Assembly: GCA_003553525.1 (NCBI GenBank) | Contig: PWEO01000127.1 | Coordinates: 872 to 64,871 of the forward strand | Direction: 5' to 3' | DNA: 64,000 nt | From: Clostridiaceae bacterium | Lineage (GTDB): Bacteria > Bacillota > Clostridia > Peptostreptococcales > T1SED10-28 | Shown: positions 55,839 to 64,000 of the stretch, piece by piece | Position numbering within the stretch: the stretch's first letter is position 1 | Layout: every line of letters starts with the position of its first letter | Position numbers and translations under genes: made by a program | Notes under the pieces: generated by a model | Told to the model about the DNA's origin: nothing | The model's database searches: none | What the model saw: the letters and a program-made list of their open reading frames with translations, nothing else

Positions 55839-56555
55839 TTATTTAAAGATTGATTGTTCTTTTAGTTTCCACACTTCTTCTTCTGTAAGATAGCGCCATT
55901 CACCTTCTTGTAAAGTTCCTAGTAGAATATTACCAACTGCAACTCTCTTAAGTTGACACACGGGATATCCAATGGCATCACACATCTTACGCACTTGACG
56001 ATTTCTGCCTTCAGAAATGATAATTTCCAGAAGACAAAAATCATCTTCTTTTAAAATTTTCATAGTTGCAGGGTAGGTATATGAACCGTCAATTAAAAGG
56101 CCTCTTTCAAAGGCTTCAATATCCTCGCTATTAGGTTTTCCTTTTACCAAAGCATGATAAGTTTTGGGAATCTTATGTTTGGGATGCATCATTTGATTGG
56201 CAAAGGATCCGTCATTAGTAAGAAAAATCAAACCGGAGGTATCATAATCCAGTCTTCCTACAGGATATATGCGGTAGGAAGTAGCAACATAATCAATAAC
56301 GGTTTTACGATTAAACTGATCATCGGAAGAGGTTATAACGCCTTCCGGTTTATTAAGCATGATGTAGACATGCTGATCTTCTGGCATAACAATGCTTCCC
56401 ATAAAAGTTACCTCATCTCTTCCGAGAGTAACCTTGTAGCCCATCTCGGTGATCACTTTTCCGTTAACCGCAACAAGGCCTTTTTGGATCAATTCTTCAC
56501 TTCTTCTTCTGGATGCCACACCACAGTGTGCTAGATATTTTTGTAAACGCACCAA
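55839..56555 (-). CDS. rluB: 23S rRNA pseudouridine synthase (RsuA/RluB family)
   Basis: 238 aa with an N-terminal S4 domain (RLQKYLAHCGVASRR) and the catalytic motif GRLDYDTSGL. GTG start after GGAGG. Confidence 0.9.
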   Translation of the reverse strand: MVRLQKYLAHCGVASRRRSEELIQKGLVAVNGKVITEMGYKVTLGRDEVTFMGSIVMPEDQHVYIMLNKPEGVITSSDDQFNRKTVIDYVATSYRIYPVGRLDYDTSGLIFLTNDGSFANQMMHPKHKIPKTYHALVKGKPNSEDIEAFERGLLIDGSYTYPATMKILKEDDFCLLEIIISEGRNRQVRKMCDAIGYPVCQLKRVAVGNILLGTLQEGEWRYLTEEEVWKLKEQSIFK

Positions 56556-56572
56556 AATCCTCCTAATGTTAT

Positions 56573-57130
56573 TTAAGTTTCATCCGGACTTTTTTTTTCA
56601 AAGGCTTTCAAATCATCTTCAAAACTTTTAAGATCCGGAAGATCTTTAAGATTTTCAAATCCAAATTTTTTTAAAAAAAATTCAGTCGTAGCATAAATAA
56701 TAGGTCTTCCAATCGAGTTTAGCCGATCTTTTTCATAGATCAGATTCGCTTCCAGCAAGTTTGCAAGAGGCTTATCAGATTTTACACCTCGAATTTTTTC
56801 TATTTGATTTTTGGTAATTGGTTGTTTATAGACAATAATAGATAAGGTTTCAATCGTAGCTCTTGATAAGGATCGTCTCTGATCCTTAGGAAGCAATTTT
56901 TTGATGTAGGGATACACTGATTTTTTTGATGTCAACTGGATTTTATTTCCGATTTTAACAAGTTCAATACCTCTTTTTTCTAATTGGTAGTCTTCCATTA
57001 ATTCTTCTATGCTACGGCGAATAGTTTTTTCATTCAATTCCAGCACTCTAGCGATTTCTTTAATTTCCAGAGGATCTCCCCAGGCGAATAAAATCGCTTC
57101 AATGATTGCACCATAATATTGTGTCTCCAA
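56573..57130 (-). CDS. scpB: segregation and condensation protein B
   Basis: 185 aa with a ScpB winged-helix pair. It lies downstream of scpA. TTG start after GAGGTG. Confidence 0.92.
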   Translation of the reverse strand: METQYYGAIIEAILFAWGDPLEIKEIARVLELNEKTIRRSIEELMEDYQLEKRGIELVKIGNKIQLTSKKSVYPYIKKLLPKDQRRSLSRATIETLSIIVYKQPITKNQIEKIRGVKSDKPLANLLEANLIYEKDRLNSIGRPIIYATTEFFLKKFGFENLKDLPDLKSFEDDLKAFEKKSPDET

Positions 57131-57142
57131 TTTTTCACCTCT

Positions 57143-57919
57143 TTATATCCTAACTATTTTTTCGCGCAGACGTAAAACAATCGAATAGGTTTTTTTATTT
57201 TGCTTAATTAAAATAAAACGGTTTTTTGCCAATTCAAGTATTGCTAAAAATGTAGTAATAAGATGAATCTTATCTACAGAAGTTTCGAATATTTTTTCAA
57301 ATAGGATGTGAGACTCTTTATCTAAACGGCTTTTTAGTTCTTGAACTTTTTCTTCTACGGTAACGGGATCTTTTTGAATGGAATTAAAGAGATCTGCTTC
57401 ATTATTATCTATATTACGTTTTGCTTTAAGATTTTCCCAGGCCTTCATTAAATCAGTTATTGAAATTTGGTGGAAATCTTCGTCCTTTTCTATCGGTTCA
57501 TCTAAAAAACTTAAATCATCCCGAGTTTTAAAAAAACGGGTTTCCAAAGTGTTTTCTCTTTCCTTTAACGCCTGAGCCGCCCCTTTAAATTTTTTATATT
57601 CCATTAATCGCTCGACCAAATCTATTCGTGGATCTTCTTCTTCCTCTTTTTCGGTATGAGTTATAGGCAAGAGCATTCTCGATTTGATATCGATTAGTGT
57701 AGCAGCCATTATTAAAAATTCTCCAGTGATTTCTAGATCGCATTCTTCCATTTGTGATAAATAGTTAAGATACTGTTCTGTAATTTTCACAATAGGAATA
57801 TCATAAATCTCCACTTTTTGACTTTCGATTAAATGCATTAGAACGTCCATTGGACCTTCAAAAGCATCCAATTTTATTTCATAGGAAGACTTTACTGTAT
57901 AGCTTTCCAATCTAATCAA
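57143..57919 (-). CDS. scpA: segregation and condensation protein A (kleisin)
   Basis: 258 aa with the N-terminal FEGPMDVLMHLI motif. The TTG start overlaps the upstream stop (TTGA). Confidence 0.92.
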   Translation of the reverse strand: MIRLESYTVKSSYEIKLDAFEGPMDVLMHLIESQKVEIYDIPIVKITEQYLNYLSQMEECDLEITGEFLIMAATLIDIKSRMLLPITHTEKEEEEDPRIDLVERLMEYKKFKGAAQALKERENTLETRFFKTRDDLSFLDEPIEKDEDFHQISITDLMKAWENLKAKRNIDNNEADLFNSIQKDPVTVEEKVQELKSRLDKESHILFEKIFETSVDKIHLITTFLAILELAKNRFILIKQNKKTYSIVLRLREKIVRI

Positions 57920-60540
57920 CTCATTTCCAAATAATTTCGATATAATTTCTTAGCATACATCAGTTCATCTTCTTTTGTATAGATATACCCTTGGATTTTT
58001 GCTTTTAAGACTTCTTTTAGAATTCTCTTAAACAAAGGACCAGGCTTTATTTCTAGCGCTAGTAGATCTTGTCCGGTTATAGTAGTATTCACAGATTGTA
58101 ACTTTAATTTATAATATAATAAATAGTGTTTCACATTATTGTTTTCACTATCATTGTAATAAAAAACCAGCATTTCGTCGGTGGTAAATTCTAACAGGGA
58201 GTAAATTTCATATGGGTCCACATCCTGATTTTTAAGGACTGAGTACACTTTATTTTTTTTTCGCAACCCTTCAAGAATACCATGATAAGACTGTCGATAA
58301 CTGACATAAGTATTAATAATTTTAGGAATCAACCCGTGGGGAAGTCCACATAAAAGTTGTTGAACAATAATATCCGCGTAACGAATTTCTTCCCGTTTAA
58401 TTGTGATAAAACTCTCTAAGGATTTTGGAATATTGTTGACTTTATTTATTTCCTTCCATGATATATCACGGCCTTTGTTTAGACTTTTAAAAATGTTTAA
58501 TTCTTTCATTAGTTTTAAACTGTTGGTTAGATTTTCATCTTTAAAAATACCATGAATTTCTTCCCTAATTCGATCATTACTTAGTTTATTTATCATATGT
58601 TCGTTTACAGCCTGAATGATAAACTTTTTAGTTTCATCTTCAATTGTAAATTGAAGTCTTGATGCAAATCGTATTGCCCTAAAAATCCTTGTGGGGTCTT
58701 CGATAAAACTTAAGTTATATAGGGCTCTGATTTGTTTCTCGGACAAGTCGTCTAAACCACTAAAATAGTCGATTAACTGATACTGCTTTTCTCCAGTCAA
58801 CTTAATTGCCATACAATTAATAGTGAAATCTCTTCGGAATAAATCGTTCCAAATTGTTGACTTTTCAACTTTCGGAAGAGCAGCAGGGTATTCATAGTAT
58901 TCTCTTCTTGCTGATACAAAATCAATATGGGTTTGATTTGGCAGCTTTATTACAGCTGTTTGAAACTTATCATGACTTATGAGTCGGCCACTCAATCGTC
59001 GATTTACTTTATCTGCGATTTCAATAGCATCCCCTTCTACGACAAAGTCCAGGTCGAAATTTTTACGATCCAGTAAAAGATCTCTAACAAATCCACCAAC
59101 AATAAAGACATTTTCTTTCTCTTCTTTGGCGACCTCACGAACCACTTCAATAAGAGAAAGCAGATCATTAGGCAATCGATGGATTTTTTCTCGAACATCT
59201 AAATAATCATGGGATTGGTCATAGTTGGGCTTATACCAGCGGGGTATGGAATCTCCGTGGATTTGTTGTAATAGATTGGTTCTGGTTACTATACCAACAA
59301 TTTTATCATCCTGCATTACCGGTAAGCGTCCGATATTATGTTTTGATAGAAGTTCGTTTATTTCATTTATACTCGTATTGGGATTTATGGTGATAACCTT
59401 TTGTTTCATAAATCCTTTGATCGGAGCGTGGGATAAATCATGAATCATGGCTTTATCCAGATCAGTTCTTGAAATAATGCCAATTAGGCGGTCATTTTTT
59501 ACCACCGGCATACCGGTATGACCATATCTAAGCATGATACGGTTCGCATTCTCCACCGTCATGTCCTCAAATAAAGTTTTTACCGGGTAGCTCATGATAT
59601 CTTTGGCTTTCACTTGAGGAGAGACTTTCTCTTTTAATAAATCAAGAATTTTATCTTTGATTTCAACGGATTGCATGTTTTTTACGGAAGCAGAACCGGC
59701 TCTTCGATGTCCGCCACCGTCGAAAGCTTCTAAAATTTCCGCTACGTTTATGTCATCTTCTAAGCTACGGCCAATAATATAGGTTTTATCTTCCATTTTA
59801 GAAATAATAAACAGGGCATCAGTATTTTTAATGTGAGTGATTTTACTGGCAATATTACTCAACCCGTTTATGTATTCCTCGTGTTCTGAAATTGAAAAAT
59901 ATACTTGATAGTTCTTTACTTCCACCCGTTCTAAATTTGTAAGGAGGGTCATTAAAAGTTTGTCTTGAACATCATTGGTAAATTCGTACAAATATTCGTT
60001 AACAATATCTAAGTTTGCTTGTTTTTTAAAGAGAAACGCTACTACTTCAGCATCATGGAAAGTCGTGTTTTTAAAAGTCAGACAATTGGTATCCGCATAA
60101 ATACCTAACAAAAAAAGTGTGGCTTGGAAAGGTGTGATTTCAATGTTTTGCTTGATGATTTTTTTTAGCAAGATGGTTGTGCATGAACCATAGTACTTGA
60201 TAACCATTTTAGATGCATCAAGACTCTCTTGACTTGGTTTGTGATGATCATAGACGGTAACTTGCAGATCTTTAGTTAACAAATTTTTCAAAGGACCCAA
60301 TCGATTTATGGAGTTAGTATCCACTACAATCAAGGAATCAACCTTGTCAAGATTGACTTCGCTGTAATTATAAATTTGTAAGGAATATTTATATAGATTA
60401 ATAAAACTTTTAATCTCTTTATCTAATTTACCGGAATACATCAACACTGCATCTGGGTACAGAACTTTGCAGGCAACCATACTGGAAAGTCCATCAAAAT
60501 CTAAATTTTCATGACTGGTTATCAGCTTAATTGTCACCAC
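57916..60540 (-). CDS. multidomain DHH/DHHA1 phosphoesterase - tandem CBS - class II nucleotidyltransferase (CCA-adding / poly(A) polymerase family) protein
   Basis: 874 aa. DHH motifs DFDG, VDTN and DHH, plus DHHA1 GGGH. Two CBS modules sit in the middle. The C-terminal half carries GGFVRD, DLDF, RRDFTIN and EDPTRIFRAIRF. Confidence 0.85.
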   Translation of the reverse strand: MVTIKLITSHENLDFDGLSSMVACKVLYPDAVLMYSGKLDKEIKSFINLYKYSLQIYNYSEVNLDKVDSLIVVDTNSINRLGPLKNLLTKDLQVTVYDHHKPSQESLDASKMVIKYYGSCTTILLKKIIKQNIEITPFQATLFLLGIYADTNCLTFKNTTFHDAEVVAFLFKKQANLDIVNEYLYEFTNDVQDKLLMTLLTNLERVEVKNYQVYFSISEHEEYINGLSNIASKITHIKNTDALFIISKMEDKTYIIGRSLEDDINVAEILEAFDGGGHRRAGSASVKNMQSVEIKDKILDLLKEKVSPQVKAKDIMSYPVKTLFEDMTVENANRIMLRYGHTGMPVVKNDRLIGIISRTDLDKAMIHDLSHAPIKGFMKQKVITINPNTSINEINELLSKHNIGRLPVMQDDKIVGIVTRTNLLQQIHGDSIPRWYKPNYDQSHDYLDVREKIHRLPNDLLSLIEVVREVAKEEKENVFIVGGFVRDLLLDRKNFDLDFVVEGDAIEIADKVNRRLSGRLISHDKFQTAVIKLPNQTHIDFVSARREYYEYPAALPKVEKSTIWNDLFRRDFTINCMAIKLTGEKQYQLIDYFSGLDDLSEKQIRALYNLSFIEDPTRIFRAIRFASRLQFTIEDETKKFIIQAVNEHMINKLSNDRIREEIHGIFKDENLTNSLKLMKELNIFKSLNKGRDISWKEINKVNNIPKSLESFITIKREEIRYADIIVQQLLCGLPHGLIPKIINTYVSYRQSYHGILEGLRKKNKVYSVLKNQDVDPYEIYSLLEFTTDEMLVFYYNDSENNNVKHYLLYYKLKLQSVNTTITGQDLLALEIKPGPLFKRILKEVLKAKIQGYIYTKEDELMYAKKLYRNYLEMS

Positions 60541-60613
60541 ATCCTTTAATTCTATCTACTAGAAATTATAACATATTTCCCGATTTTAACAACAAAAGCC
60601 TTTAATGCAAATG

Positions 60614-60637
60614 AAAAAAAGAGACTAGGATAGCCTC
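60614..60637 (-). terminator. rho-independent terminator overlapping the pdp stop codon
   Basis: On the minus strand, GAGGCT-atcct-AGTCTC followed by TTTTTTT. Confidence 0.55.
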
Positions 60638-61953
60638 TTTTCTCCTTCTTTTGTTACAACACCATGAATAATTTTTCGAGCTGCTTTAAACTCATCTGAT
60701 AATACCAAAGATTTTTCAAACAGTTTTAAAGCTTCATCAAGTTTTCTCTTTTCGTTATAATATATTTTTACTATTATATCTCCTTTTTTTACATAATTTC
60801 CGATTTTTTTTTGAAGCTCAAGACCAACTTTATGATCAATTTCCGTTGATTTTTCCAAGCGACCAGCTCCAAGGGTTAATGCACATTTCCCTATAAGCTC
60901 TGCATCTAATTGATGAATATATCCGTCTTTTATTGCTGTGTACTCATAAACATATTTTGTTTTATAGAGCAGTTCCGGTTTATCAATGTAATGAATTTCA
61001 CCACCCTGACATTTTATAAAGGTCTTAAAAACCTCTAAAGCTTTTCCATTGTCAATCACTTCCTGGATTTCTTTCATCCCCTCTTCTAGGGTGGAAACCT
61101 TTTCAGCAAGGAGTAACATATAACTTCCCAGATACCGGCAAAGTTCTAATAAATCCTCGGGAGCTTTTCCCTTTAACAGTTGGATAGCTTCCCAAACTTC
61201 AATGCCATTTCCTATAGTATTTCCTAAAGGTTGTTCCATATCTGTAATAATTGCTACGGTATCTTTACCAACACCATTACCGATATCTACCATAGCTTTT
61301 CCAAGCGCAAAGGCCTCATCAATATCTTTCATAAAGGCTCCACTTCCGGTTTTGACATCCAAGACGATGCGGTCTGCTCCCGAAGCGAGTTTTTTACTCA
61401 TTACACTACTAGCGATTAATGAAATATTATCTATGGTTGCAGTTACATCTCGAAGAGCATAGAGTTTTTTATCTGCAGGCGCTAAGTCTTTGGTTTGACC
61501 ACCTAGGGATATATTTATTTTATTAACCTGATCTGCAAATTTTTCAATGCTTAAGTCAGCAGAAAATCCAGGTATGGCTTCTAGTTTATCAATAGTTCCT
61601 CCCGTATGTCCTAGTCCTCTTCCGGAAAGTTTAGCAACGGGAACGTTATTTGCAGCTACTAGAGCACCGAGAGCGATTGTTGTCTTATCACCGACTCCAC
61701 CGGTACTATGTTTGTCGACTTTTAGCCCATTAATAAGGGAAAGATCAATAATATCCCCTGAATCAATAATGGCATTGGTTAAGTTTACTGTTTCTGTTTT
61801 GTTCATGCCCTTATAGTAAATGGCCATTAAGAGAGCACTCATTTGATAGTCGGGGACTCGTTCCTCATTATATCCATGGATGAAATAATTTATTTCTTCC
61901 TTTGTCAATATTTCTCCGTTTCTTTTTTTATAAATAATATCAATCATTTTCAT
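60625..61953 (-). CDS. pdp: pyrimidine-nucleoside phosphorylase
   Basis: 442 aa with the DKHSTGGVGDK phosphate-binding motif and a glycosyl-transferase family 3 layout. Confidence 0.93.
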   Translation of the reverse strand: MKMIDIIYKKRNGEILTKEEINYFIHGYNEERVPDYQMSALLMAIYYKGMNKTETVNLTNAIIDSGDIIDLSLINGLKVDKHSTGGVGDKTTIALGALVAANNVPVAKLSGRGLGHTGGTIDKLEAIPGFSADLSIEKFADQVNKINISLGGQTKDLAPADKKLYALRDVTATIDNISLIASSVMSKKLASGADRIVLDVKTGSGAFMKDIDEAFALGKAMVDIGNGVGKDTVAIITDMEQPLGNTIGNGIEVWEAIQLLKGKAPEDLLELCRYLGSYMLLLAEKVSTLEEGMKEIQEVIDNGKALEVFKTFIKCQGGEIHYIDKPELLYKTKYVYEYTAIKDGYIHQLDAELIGKCALTLGAGRLEKSTEIDHKVGLELQKKIGNYVKKGDIIVKIYYNEKRKLDEALKLFEKSLVLSDEFKAARKIIHGVVTKEGEKRLS

Positions 61954-61980
61954 GAGTATTATATCACCTCTTATTATGAT

Positions 61981-63153
61981 CTATTTTAGGATTAATTCAG
62001 CAAAACTACTTCCATTTCGAGGTCTTTCAACTTGTAACAGCTCTGAAATGGTAGCGGCGATATCGGCGAAGGACCTTCTAGTACCAATATCCGCACCTTT
62101 TTTTACAGAATTCCCCACAATTAACAAAGGTACATATTCACGGGTATGATCGGTTCCGGGATAGGTAGGATCGTTACCATGATCCGCTGTTATAATGAGT
62201 AAATCTGTTTCTTTTAAAGAATTTAAAAGCATGGGTAAATGATGATTAACTTCTTCCAATGCTTCTTTATAACCCTTAGGATCTCTTCGATGTCCAAATT
62301 TCGAGTCGAAATCTACCAGATTTGTAAAAATTATCCCTTTGGAATTTTCTTTTATAGCTTCAATAGTTTTTTCAATTCCCTGTTGGTTACTTTTAGATGC
62401 TATTTTTCTGCTGATTCCCTGACCATTAAAAATATCATCAATTTTCCCAATACCTATAACTTCATAACCGGCAGCAATAGTAAAGTCTAATACGGTGTTC
62501 TCTTGTGGGGACAAGGAATAATCTTTTCTGTTAGCGGTTCGTTCGAAGGAACCGAGTTCCCCTACAAAGGGCCGAGCAATTATCCTAGCTACAGCGTTTT
62601 CACCTGTCATAATTTCCCTTGCAGTTTCACACATTTCATAAAGTTCCTCAAGCGGAGTTATCTCTTCATGGGCTGCAATCTGTAAAACACTGTCTGCTGA
62701 GGTGTATATTATGGGATTTTTCGTTTCTAGATGTTCTCTTCCTAATTCTTCAATAATTTCAGTTCCTGAAGCTGGTTTATTACCGATTCCTTTTTTTCCG
62801 GTAAGCTCTTCAAACTTATCCATAATTTCTTTTGGAAAGCCATTAGGATAAGTTTTAAAGGGTTTATCTAAATGAATTCCAGCTATTTCCCAATGTCCTG
62901 TAGTGGTGTCTTTTCCATTAGAATACTCCATGGATCTTCCAAATGCTGCCTTTGGTTCTTTTTCCGAAGGAAGATAATCCACGCCTTCGATATTACCAAG
63001 GCCTAATTTAATCAATTGATATAAATCGATATCCCGGTGTTTCTTTACAATATTCCCTAGAGTATTTGCACCTTCACTGTTAAATTTTTTTGCATCAGGA
63101 AGGGCTCCAATGCCAACACTGTCTAAGATTAATAAAACAATACGATTTACCAA
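61981..63153 (-). CDS. deoB: phosphopentomutase
   Basis: 390 aa with N-terminal LILDSVGIG and C-terminal ADHGNDPT metal-binding motifs. TTG start after GGAGGG. Confidence 0.95.
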   Translation of the reverse strand: MVNRIVLLILDSVGIGALPDAKKFNSEGANTLGNIVKKHRDIDLYQLIKLGLGNIEGVDYLPSEKEPKAAFGRSMEYSNGKDTTTGHWEIAGIHLDKPFKTYPNGFPKEIMDKFEELTGKKGIGNKPASGTEIIEELGREHLETKNPIIYTSADSVLQIAAHEEITPLEELYEMCETAREIMTGENAVARIIARPFVGELGSFERTANRKDYSLSPQENTVLDFTIAAGYEVIGIGKIDDIFNGQGISRKIASKSNQQGIEKTIEAIKENSKGIIFTNLVDFDSKFGHRRDPKGYKEALEEVNHHLPMLLNSLKETDLLIITADHGNDPTYPGTDHTREYVPLLIVGNSVKKGADIGTRRSFADIAATISELLQVERPRNGSSFAELILK

Positions 63154-63170
63154 TGTAATCCCTCCTTATA

Positions 63171-64000
63171 TTATGCCCGTGGATGACTTTTTAAATACAC
63201 ATCTTTGATTTTATTCTTTTTAAAATCGATATACATTTGTGTTGTTGCTAAAGCCGAATGCCCCAACATTTCCTGCACTGATTTCAAATCGGCTCCATTA
63301 TCGATTAAATGAATCGCAAAAGAGTGTCTTAATGTATGGGGTGTAATCGACTTGTTTATGTTCATAGTCTTTGTATACCCCTTTATAATCTTCCAAAAAC
63401 CTTGGCGTGATAATCTCTTACCTGAATAATTAAGGAAAAGAGAATTTTCCTGTTCATGTTTTAAAAAAGCATCCCTTTCATTAACTATGTAGGACTTTAA
63501 AGCTTCAAGCGCATGCTTGCCTATGGGAATTGTACGATCCTTATTTCCTTTGCAACAACGGATATACTCCATCTCTAGGTCTACATCGTCTACGTCTAAA
63601 GAAATCAATTCAGAAACCCTAATACCGGTGGCATAAAGAATTTCAAACATGGCTTTATCCCGAACTCCTTTTTTTGTATCGATCTTTGGTTGCATCATTA
63701 ATTGATTAACCTCTTCTAAGGATAAAACTTCTGGGATCTTTTTAAAAGCTTTTGGACCATTAATTTCATCCATAGGATTATTAAGAATAATTTGTTTTCT
63801 GCATAGATAATCATAAAACTTTCTAAGGGATACAATATACCTTGAGATGGATGAACTAGATTTGCTGTTTTTTTGTAAATGCATTAAATATGAAAGAATT
63901 GTAGTATGATTTGTACCATTAAGTTTTTCGATTTTTTGTTCTTTTAAAAAGAAATAGTATTTTCTTAAATCCCGTTCATAAGACTTTATAGTATTTTTAG
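63171..64000 (-). CDS. xerD: tyrosine recombinase XerD (N-terminus beyond the window edge)
   Basis: The frame stays open upstream of the ORF-track Met to the window end (…KNTIKSYERDLRKYYFFLKEQ…). Catalytic motifs are ATGIRVSEL, HTLRHSFAIHL and LGHSALATTQMY. Synteny with deoB-pdp matches Bacillus ripX. Confidence 0.9.
   Translation of the reverse strand, partial: KNTIKSYERDLRKYYFFLKEQKIEKLNGTNHTTILSYLMHLQKNSKSSSSISRYIVSLRKFYDYLCRKQIILNNPMDEINGPKAFKKIPEVLSLEEVNQLMMQPKIDTKKGVRDKAMFEILYATGIRVSELISLDVDDVDLEMEYIRCCKGNKDRTIPIGKHALEALKSYIVNERDAFLKHEQENSLFLNYSGKRLSRQGFWKIIKGYTKTMNINKSITPHTLRHSFAIHLIDNGADLKSVQEMLGHSALATTQMYIDFKKNKIKDVYLKSHPRA

Noticed and set aside
1-64000. CRISPR arrays, tRNA/rRNA genes, toxin-antitoxin pairs and known defence-system signatures
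   Set aside because: I noticed no regularly spaced direct repeats, no cloverleaf-like or rRNA-like sequences, and no small paired ORFs with TA-like features in any intergenic region. Absence is based on visual inspection only.

Overview
This looks like a 64-kb chromosomal segment from a low-GC, anaerobic, amino-acid-fermenting Firmicute (class Clostridia; the taxon is inferred from gene content and synteny only). Genes run on the + strand up to about 32.4 kb and then almost all on the - strand, meeting at a bidirectional terminator. Most of the window is housekeeping: relA tail, dtd, aspS, 6S RNA, tcdA, glyA, rarA, purB, asnS, lexA, miaA, mutL, mutS, miaB, rpsA, ispH, cmk, rluB, scpAB, pdp, deoB and xerD. 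Two sigma-54-dependent catabolic modules are embedded in it. The first is the complete oxidative L-ornithine (Stickland) degradation cluster ord-ortA-ortB-oraS-oraE-glmL-like-orr, with its own PAS enhancer-binding protein (EBP) and a -24/-12 promoter. The second is a CBS-PAS EBP followed by a perfect -24/-12 promoter and five translationally coupled genes. These encode a split flavoprotein/Fe-S dehydrogenase (HcnABC / opine oxidase / archaeal proline dehydrogenase-like) of unknown substrate, which I rank as the best candidate for an undescribed system. Other points worth a second look:
- a Xer-like tyrosine recombinase behind a 600-bp AT-rich gap, next to lexA with twin SOS boxes
- a DHH-CBS-nucleotidyltransferase fusion protein
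- three tandem M42 peptidase paralogues
- an orphan CheR
- a four-subunit 2-oxoacid:ferredoxin oxidoreductase operon with conserved direct repeats upstream

I could not support any CRISPR array, prophage, IS element, tRNA or rRNA gene. All function calls rest on motifs and remembered family features, not on database searches.
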